In this document: piece after piece, positions 54,876 through 64,000 of the stretch
Layout: each line of letters opens with the position of its first letter
How positions within the stretch are numbered: position 1 is the stretch's first letter
DNA from: Octopus vulgaris
Lineage: Eukaryota
Direction of reading: 5' to 3'
Assembly (NCBI GenBank): GCA_951406725.2
Contig: OX597837.1
Coordinates: 19,654,001 to 19,718,000, forward strand
Length of the DNA: 64,000 bases
Notes under the pieces: model-generated
Databases searched by the model: none
Told to the model about the DNA's origin: nothing
What the model saw: the letters and a program-made list of their open reading frames with translations, nothing else
Position numbers and translations under genes: made by a program

Positions 54876-55170
54876 CTAGGATTTCTCCACTATTTTCCAT
54901 ACGCAGTTAGCCAACTTGTCTTGTGCAGCAATGATCAGACTTTCGGTGGTACGCTTCAAATCACCTCGCTCACGCCATGACCACGATGCTGTATTATCCT
55001 TAACGTCCTGTGTATTTCTAAAGTAATTAGATGTTGTTTTTTTTTCAGATTTGGTGGTATTGAACCCAATGCACCGATGACCATAGGGCTTTATGTTTGA
55101 TCCTCGTACCTGCCATATCTTTCTCAGGTCTCCATATTTATCACCTTTTTCTCTTTCTTTCATGATATGT
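54876..55170 (-). pseudogene. Scrambled R4/Dong-type fragments
   Basis: KEREKGDKYGDL..W (RLE) and WSWRERGDLKRTTESLIIAAQD (linker), adjacent to (TTA)n. Confidence 0.7.
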
Positions 55171-55178
55171 TAATTATA

Positions 55179-55221
<43 letters not shown>

Positions 55222-55222
<1 letters not shown>

Positions 55223-56210
55223 GGCGGTGAGTTGGCAGAGTCGTTAGCACGTTAACCGAATTGCTTAGCGGCATTTCGTCCATTCTCACGTTCTGAGTTT
55301 AGTTTCTGCCCAGATCGACTTTGCTTTTCATCATTTCAGGGTCGATAAAATAAGTACCAGCTGAATACTGGGGTCGCAAATTTCAGGTTTTGTGCCTATA
55401 GTAGAAAGGGTTATTAGTATTGTTATTATCATACATGGTGGTAAGACGACGAACTGACAGAATCGTTAGCGCGCCGGGCAAAATGCTTAGCGGTATTTGG
55501 TCTGCCGCTACGTTCTGAGATCAAACTCCGCCGAAGTCAACTTTGCCTTTCATCCTTTCGGGGTCGATTAGATAAGTACCAGTTACGTACTGGGGTTGAT
55601 ATAATCGACTTAATCCGTTTGTCTGTCCTTGTTTATCTCTTCTGTGTGTAGCTCCTTGTGGGCAGTAAAGGAATAGGTATTTCGTCTGTGTTTACGTTCT
55701 GAGTTCAAATTCCACTGAGGTCGACTATGCTTTTTATCCTTTCTGGGGTCGATAAATTAAATACCAGTTGAACACTGGGATCGATGTAATCGACTATTGT
55801 CCCCCTCCCCAAATTCCTGGCCTTGCTCTAAAATTTAAAACCTCTATTATACAAGGCTGTCAGAATTGTTAGCAGGCCGGGCTGAACGCTTTGCGGCATT
55901 TCGTCTGTCTATACGTTCTGAGTTCAAATTCCACTAAGGTCGATTTTGCGTTTCATCATTTCGGGCTCGATAAAATAAGTACCAGTCGAGTACTGGTGTC
56001 GATGTAATCGACTGACCTCTTCCTCCCAAATAGCTGGCCTTGTGCCAGAATTTGAAACCATTAATATTATTATTGATAACGGTGGATTGCCAAAATCGTT
56101 ACAGCGTTGGTAAAAAGGTTTTGGGTATTTCTTTCGGTAAGTACCAGTTAAGTACTGGGTTGGTATAATCGAATAGCCCTTCCCCTCAAAATTGATGTCC
56201 TCATGCCAAA
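55222..56210 (+). mobile_element. Head-to-tail cluster of about five S1 SINE copies
   Basis: The S1 core or its gtaccag..tactgggg 3' part recurs near 55340, 55560, 55745, 55965 and 56140. Confidence 0.85.
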
Positions 56211-56429
56211 CAGTTTTATTAGTAACTTATTATGATCTAGTATAAAACTAAGCAAACATTTTTACAGCAATGAAAAATAGCCAAAAATACAATGTCTTCG
56301 TAGAAAATAGTTGTTCTAGTATTGCAAAGTTGAAATTTGAATCTGTTGAAATATATATTCAGTAAATGGAAATGTCTGTGTGTGTATGTATGTCTGTGTG
56401 TGTTTCTGTGCAGATGTATATATGTATGA

Positions 56430-56461
<32 letters not shown>

Positions 56462-56506
56462 CTACGCATATATATATATGTATATATATATATGTATATA
56501 TATATG

Positions 56507-56581
<75 letters not shown>

Positions 56582-56641
56582 TCAAATACCAGTGGTAGAG
56601 TAATATGCTTTATTTAAAGCAGCAGAAAATTCAACAAAAGC

Positions 56642-56677
56642 TGTTACTCTGAGTTTCACGTTGTCGTTCGTCAGACA
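56642..56677 (-). ncRNA. Minimal type I hammerhead, canonical core
   Basis: Minus strand: tgt-CTGACGA-acg-acaa-cgt-GAAA-ctcagaGTA-aca, in a ~100 bp island between TA-rich tracts. Confidence 0.75.
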
Positions 56678-56817
56678 TATATAAATATATGTGTGTGTGT
56701 GTGTGTGTTTGTGTGTGTATGAGTCTGTGTGTGTGTATGATAAAGTATAATATACTTTTTTCATAATAGAATGGGCTCTAATTTTTTCCCTAAGTACATA
56801 TATGTCCGTATGAATGC

Positions 56818-56854
<37 letters not shown>

Positions 56855-56905
56855 CATACATATATACGTACATACATATATATACATATATATATAATTA
56901 TATAC

Positions 56906-56936
<31 letters not shown>

Positions 56937-56944
56937 CATATATG

Positions 56945-56996
<52 letters not shown>

Positions 56997-57040
56997 CATA
57001 CATATATACGTACATACATATATATACATATATATATAAT

Positions 57041-57087
<47 letters not shown>

Positions 57088-58189
57088 ACATACATACATG
57101 CATACATACATACATGCATACACATACATACATACATACATACATACATACATACATGCATGCATACATAAATATGTACTTAGGGAGGAAAATTAAGAGC
57201 CCATTCTATTGTGATAAAAGAATACAAATCACAATTTGTTGTCATTGGAGAATAGAATTAACGCTAATACAATTATTTCGCTTGCAACGATCTTTTGACG
57301 ACGCCATCGTCATTGATAGCATCATCGTTTTATACCGCAGAGAATGTCTCTTTCAATTGACATCGTCATAAATGCCTCCAAATGATCAGAATTCAAAAGG
57401 ACTCCTTAACCTATTCGTGATGGATTTCAAACTTGAAGAACTTTTTTTTTTTCACAAGCTACTTGAGCGGTAGAGAATGTTAATAACTATTTATAAGCTA
57501 GACCGATATGTTTGTTGTTCTCATTGAATGACTTGTATTTCAGCAATGAAAATAAACACAAACTCTGCAGTTTCGGTAGAATTTTTACATAGAAATCTGT
57601 AATTCATTGTTTTCTTTACATCATACTATAATTCATTGTTTTCATGCACTCTAAGATGTTTCTTGCTAGTACTTTACCTGACAATTCCTATGCAAATTAG
57701 CTTATATTTCAGTCTATCCCTGTTATTTTCAATTGGTCATGATTTACCGCAAATCCGAAGCCCCGCGATTCAGAGTGGCTGTTCTCCCCATCTTCCGGGA
57801 CAACTCTTTCGCTATTTTGTCGGCTGGGACCATGAGGCGGACTGAATTACAGAAAATTATGCGTTCCAATCCTTAATGTAAATTTGAAATAATTATTAAA
57901 TATTAATATTCACGCTCAACTGGAAAATAAGTATTTCAGTGTACGACAAACACACCAAAATTTATTACTACTTCAATTAGCCTATGATGTGCACTCTGAA
58001 TATTATCTATCTTCAACTCTCCACTCAGAGCAGAGGGCAGTCAACCTTATCCACACATAAATCCTATTCTTCTCAAATCTTGACATGCGTTTCTACTCTC
58101 ATTTTTATTCTCTAAACATCAAATGTAAATTCTTTAAGCAAACTTTTCGATCATTTCAAATATTTCACCTGTAAAAGGCCAATTTCATT

Positions 58190-60193
58190 GTGGATTTCCA
58201 TGGAGCAAGGACGGCCCACATTGCAGGACGGGCGACCTTGTTAAAGGCTTTTTTTAGATCCCAGAAGATTAACATTGCAAGTTGTTGTTGTTCTTCACAC
58301 ATACCATGAAGAGGGCGAGCACAAATGTTCTAGGCTTCTCTAATTCCTCGTTGGCATTCCGCTGATGCCTGCCGGTGTTTTCGTTTGTTTTCCGTAGTGG
58401 AACGATTCTCGAAGGCGAGACGCATCCGGAGTTTAGCTTCGATGAGACGAGAGATGGTTTCATCATTCTCGTCAAACTAATCTTGGTTCTTCTTCTGGGC
58501 AAAGCCGATCGTCTCCTCAACGGCAGCGGTCATGGCTTCACGAAGGCTGGTTCAGTGATTCTCAATGGAGGTCGGCTCTGTGAGGTCCATCAGATGTCTC
58601 TCAATGGATTCCATGAAGTCTTGGGATGCCTGTGTGTTCCGGAGTTTGGCGCAGTCGAAGCGTCGGCAAGGAATGTTTGCTGAGACCCGCTTTGGTGGTT
58701 GGCGGATCTTGATGTCCAAGAGACAAATAAGAAGGAGGTGATCCGTCCAGCAGCCATCTGCACCAGGCATGAAGCGGGTGATGCGTACATCTGGTCTGTC
58801 CTTGGGTCTTGTCAGAATGTAGTCGAGGATATACCAGTGTTTCCGAGTCGTCTTTTGTCGGGTAGGAGACGAAATAAGGAGTTAGTGATGACGAGCTCGT
58901 GCTTGGCGCAAAGGACCAAGAGGAGCCGGGCATTGGCATTGCATTTCCCAATGCCGTAATGATCAAGAATGCCGTTCCAGTGACAATGGTCACAGCCGAC
59001 TCTGCCGTTAAAGTCCCTCGACAAGATGAGTTTGTTATGCGCGGGGACTGTCTGAATGGTGCAGTCCAGCAGATTGTAGAACGAAGTCTTAACGTCATCT
59101 TCAGACGTGAGGATAGGGGCGTACATAGAGATCAGCGTAAGGTATGTGTCCCGAATGAGCGGGATCCAAACAGTCATCAGGCGCTCGCTGACAGCAGTTG
59201 GGACGAGTCTGTGTTGATCCACGAGTTTCGTTTAGATGGTAAGGTCAGCTCCATGGAATGTGTTTCGTTAGGATTCTTCCCCTTCCAAAATACGGTACAT
59301 TCGGAGCCAGCTTCTCTAATGTTACCTCCTCCGAAAAGCCTAGTCTCGCTCAAGGCTGCCACGTCTATGTTGAAGTAGACAATTTCCTTACAGATGAGGG
59401 CTGTACGTCGTTCCGGACGATTAATGTCATTCTTGCTCTGGAAAGTGCGGGTGTTCCAGGCCTCGAATGTGAGAGATTGTGAAATAAAGGACTAAGTAGT
59501 TGATGATGGGTGAGTAGAAGTAGAGTTCCGACCGCAGTATGCTGCCCAGATCGAGTTCCCCTGTCCGATGTTTACCTCACCTTTCCTAGGAGCTCCCCCT
59601 TAAGGAGTGGGATGCGGTATTCATAAAGAGGCCAGCCCCGCTGCCGAACTCCAATGTCACAGCTATTCATTGGGGAGCAACCATCTAAGATTCGCTGCCA
59701 ATGTGTGGTCAGGTACTAGAGGCTTCCAGCTTTCCAGACCTGCCTCTGGCGCCCACAATACCATCGGTTTGTGCGTTTTTTCTTTGAGACTTAAAGGGTA
59801 GAAAGATGAAGCCAGTCGCTGAGCAAATTGTTTGAGGTGGTCGTGGCTGCACGACGGCCATGAGCACGCACTTGGTCAGGAGCTTCTCCACTTCTCAAGA
59901 ATTGAGAAGTGCAGTCTTGATAAGGCTGGTTGCAGCGACCTGCTGGAGTCTATCCGCCTTTGTCACGCTTGACGCTAGGCATTGCCCTCTTCCGCAGGAG
60001 TCACTCCATGGGGGATTGGGATTTCCCTCCTCTGTTTGCTTCGCCGTTGAGGTCTAGATGTTGGTATCTGGTCGTGATTAGTCTGGGACCTCATCCTCGA
60101 ACTTGCCGTCATGGACTCCAGACGGAATCGATCTCAGTATCATTGGGGCACACAAGCTCTTCCATCGCAGCAAGGGATAACCATCGGAAGAGC
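58190..60193 (-). mobile_element. RTE-clade LINE with intact 5' end, APE domain and internally deleted RT
   Basis: AWNTRT..RPERRTALI..IDVAALSETR..SERLM..LISMYAP..DFNGRVG..LVITNSLF..ILDYILTR..CWTDHLLL, then EEQQQLAMLIFWDLKKAFNKV at ~58230-58300. Confidence 0.92.
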
Positions 60194-60410
60194 ATACATA
60201 CATATATATATACATACCTATATACGTACACATATATTCTCCCTTTGGAAACACACATATACACCATGAACCAGTTCAGGTAACCACAAAATCCAAGACG
60301 AATTTGACTCTTAAACAAAAGTGTTTTGCCACTTTGTTTGAGACCAATCCAGCAGAGGAAAATGTATGCACACACGCACATCGCAGATGCAGACACACTA
60401 GTACAGAACA

Positions 60411-60450
<40 letters not shown>

Positions 60451-60649
60451 CAAACATAAACACACATACACATACAAACATATCATGTGTGTGTATATAT
60501 GTGTGTGTTTCTGTATACCTGTGTATTTGTGCGTGCGTGTATATATACATATGTACGTATGTATGTTTGTATGTATGTATATATGCATGCATGCATGTAT
60601 GTATGTATGTATGTATGTATGTATGTATGTCCTTCTTAGACTTCTTAGA

Positions 60650-60966
60650 CTCCGCCGGTTACGACGACGAGGGTCCCAGCTGATACGATCAACGGAACAG
60701 CTTGCTCGTGAAATTAACGTGCAAATGGCTGAGCATTCCACAGACACGTGTACCCTTAACGTAGTTCTCGGGGATAATCAGCGTGACACAGAGAGTGACA
60801 AGGCTGACCCTTTGAAATACAAGTACAACTCATTTTTGCCAGCTGAGTGGACTGGAGCAACGTGAAATAAAGTGTCTTGCTCAAGGACACAACGCGTCGC
60901 CGGGAATCGAACTCACAACCTTACGATCGTGAGCCGAATGCCCAAACCAATAAGCCACGCGCCTTC
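60650..60966 (-). mobile_element. S3 tRNA-derived SINE
   Basis: Reverse complement of 9627-9945. Confidence 0.85.
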
Positions 60967-61036
60967 ACATGTATGTATGTATGTATGTATGTATGTATGT
61001 ATGTATGTATGTATGTATGTATGTATGTATGTATAT

Positions 61037-61655
61037 CATTATTCAGTTTATTTCAAGATTTCTTGCTTATAGAGAAAGAATCGGTTTCTAACCTAGATTC
61101 AAGTCTTCTTCATTGGAATTTCAACATCAACATCAAGGTATTTTTGTTTGTATGTATGTGTAGATTTGTATGCATTATGTATGTATTCTCATGCTTATAG
61201 TTGCATATCTAGACATGCGCATATATATTTAAATGATAAACTCCTGGAAAGTTTTACAGATTTTTAGTTCCAGTGATGGATTGGATTTGTAGTCTTCGAA
61301 TCAGTTTTCACCTTCCTGGTTTTTTGAGGCCTAATTTCTCAGGATTGGTATTTAGGCAGTGTGTTACATAACCCAGTACCCCAAGAACTACAGGTATAAG
61401 CATGAACTTGTAATCTGGATAGACTAACTGCAGATTTCTCAATAGTTCAGCGCAGGTATTTTCTTTTTCACTGAGCTTTAGCTTTATGTTAACACCCAAT
61501 GGCCAGCTGATTTCTGTAACTGTACAGAGTTTCTCTTCTCTATCCAAATCATCATATCCGGTCTGTTGTGTTTTCATTTTATTGAGGTTTTCACTGGGAC
61601 ATTCCACCTTTTTGTTATGGGTGGCAATGGCGTCTACCATACTGTGCCTGTTTCT
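61037..61655 (-). mobile_element. Second (TACA)n-associated RLE retrotransposon fragment
   Basis: DREEKLCTVTEISWPLGVNIKLKLSEKENTCAELLRNLQLVYPDYKFMLIPVVLGVLGYV. Its 3' UTR matches 18815-19047; (TATG)n on both flanks. Confidence 0.88.
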
Positions 61656-62761
61656 ACGTAAGTATGTATGTACGCATGTATGTACGTATGTATGTATGTA
61701 TGTATGTAAATTTCTTTGAGATTTATTTCCGAACTGTCCAGAACGTCAGTTCCCAGATCTATTCCTTGGGATATATTTTGGCTTTCATTTACAAGTGTGA
61801 AGTTCAGGTCATCATTAATTTTATTATAGACGTAATAACATTCCCCTACACAATGACACCTACAACTAATTCAGAGTACATAAGGAACCAAGAACAAAGT
61901 GTGGTGGAATCGAAGTAACCAATCGTATTATAGCATCACCCTGATGACCTGCCACCTGCCTACTGTATCATCAACCCATTGTAATTTTACCAGGATCTCG
62001 TCAGAGCTCATACTGCTTTATTACCGATTCTATGCAGGAGGAAGACATTCTTCAGTTCCTCTCAAACTTATTCTTTGGTTAAGATGCTTTAGGCTCGCTC
62101 AATCGGGCCACTATTTCTGTTCTCAGCTATTTTTCAACATATTCACTTGAAAGAAGTACTTATTACTATCTGTCAAATAGCTAGAACCATCGGATATAAT
62201 TTGAAGCTTTTAGGCCCATGTCGTGTCGGCTAACTGCACATGATCCCAACGCGCGTCTAAAATACCATTCCAGTCTCCCATTAGTACCGCAGAGCGAATC
62301 TTTCCAGATAAAGCTCCTAGATGCCTGGAGAAAATTTCCTGCCCAGTCCTGCGCAGACCATTTTGGTCGAAGTGAAAGAATATGGTGACTGTAACCCCTG
62401 ATTAGGCAATCGTAAAATCTGTGATGTACCTGTATATGTATCTGTATGCATATGTATGTGTGTATACATATATATACATACATATATACATGCATATATA
62501 TAAATATACATACATATGTATGTATGTATTTATATATGCATATAGGTGCCTATATACGTATATATATATATATATATATATATAAATACAATGTATACAA
62601 ATATAGATATATGTATATGTGTGTGTGTAATAATGTCGCAAGGATATATAAATTTTCAAGAGAACGTGAAATAATGTTTTCAGCTTTCTTGTTTTCCTGT
62701 CTAAAAGGGGTTTTCTATCAACCCAACACTTATCATTTATAGCTTTCTATATTTCGAGATC

Positions 62762-62801
<40 letters not shown>

Positions 62802-63414
62802 TGCATGTGTATGTTTTGAAAGTACGTATGTAAATGCATACACACACAGAGATATACTCTTGCGTTTTCAAGTAAGAGAGAAGCCCTCAGCACAAAAGTA
62901 CGTTTGTTTATTAGAGTCTTTAAATCACACTGTATTAGCAATAAGTGTTCCACAGCGACTACTTATGATTGCGTAACTATCACAGACACACTCGCAAAAG
63001 TGTGGGTTTATGTATATCCACAAATACATACATACATTATATATATATATATATATATAAATATATCACACGTATGTATGTGTGTATGTATATATGTGCA
63101 CACACACACACTTATATACACATGTATACTCACGTATACATATACATGCATAGGTACATAATTTGGTTGTTGCATATATATATGTATAGGTATGTATATA
63201 TGTGTGTGTGTGTGTGCTTGTGTGTGTGTATTCATTACGTCTGTAGAATTTGTAAATGAGAGGGAGAGCAATAGAAAGCAAAGATAATTAAAGAATGCAA
63301 GACAAAACAACCTCCCTCTCCTCCTCATCTTGCTTCTCAAACCCTCTCCTGCCCTCCCTCCACCACTACCCACAAATTATCCCCTCACCCCCAACTACTC
63401 ATCTGATGTTAACG

Positions 63415-63416
<2 letters not shown>

Positions 63417-63489
<73 letters not shown>

Positions 63490-63702
63490 CAATAATAATA
63501 ATAAGTGGGCGTGGTGTGTGGGGGTGTAATTGTGAGTGGTATGTGTGTGAGGGTGTGTGTGTGTGTGGATAATTCTATGGGCGTTCGTTCCCATGGAAAC
63601 CTCGTGGCAGGATTGATGACTAAATGTGTCCAGAAATAGAAAAGTCTTATGGTTTTCATTTCGATCGTGGAAAGACACAGTTGGTAGGGCAAAGTCAACG
63701 TC

Positions 63703-63771
<69 letters not shown>

Positions 63772-63896
63772 CTTTTCTGCTGAAGTAATAATAACAATAA
63801 TGATGATAATAATAATAATGATAATAACAATAATGATGATGATGATGATGATGATGATGATTATGATGATGATGGTGGTGGTGGTGGTGGTGATGT

Positions 63897-63930
<34 letters not shown>

Positions 63931-64000
63931 GGTGATGATGATGATAATAATAATAGTAATACTAATAATAAAAACAACGACAACAGCAAATACTACTACT
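63417..64000. repeat. (AAT)n, (GAT)n and (GGT)n microsatellite blocks
   Basis: Directly visible. Confidence 0.9.

Noticed and set aside
58269-59482. Plus-strand ORFs as host genes
   Set aside because: They are antisense shadows of the minus-strand RTE ORF.

Overview
Eukaryotic, AT-rich and extremely microsatellite-rich DNA with no recognisable host protein-coding exon. The SINE families and the (TA)n/(TACA)n/(TAA)n landscape look like an Octopus-type cephalopod genome; this is by recognition, not by a search. Almost all listed ORFs are simple-repeat artefacts. The real content is decayed mobile elements: R4/Dong-type RLE retrotransposon fragments, a Penelope-like GIY-YIG fragment, an internally deleted RTE LINE, three gag/ORF1-like CCHC relics, a hAT element carrying a nested Tc1 (DD34E) inside a SINE, maT/mariner fragments, MITEs, a non-autonomous Helitron, three tRNA-SINE families, and a ~4.55 kb array of a 45-bp satellite. 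The most striking signal is about a dozen type I hammerhead-ribozyme (HHR) motifs, folded by eye, mostly with short self-complementary stem III. They sit in small non-coding Penelope-derived or retrozyme-like units (two with ~495-500 nt periods, several with inverted arms) embedded in (TA)n tracts. A second signal is an RLE retrotransposon family that seems tied to (TACA)n rather than the usual (TAA)n. Element boundaries are approximate unless TIRs or motifs are quoted.
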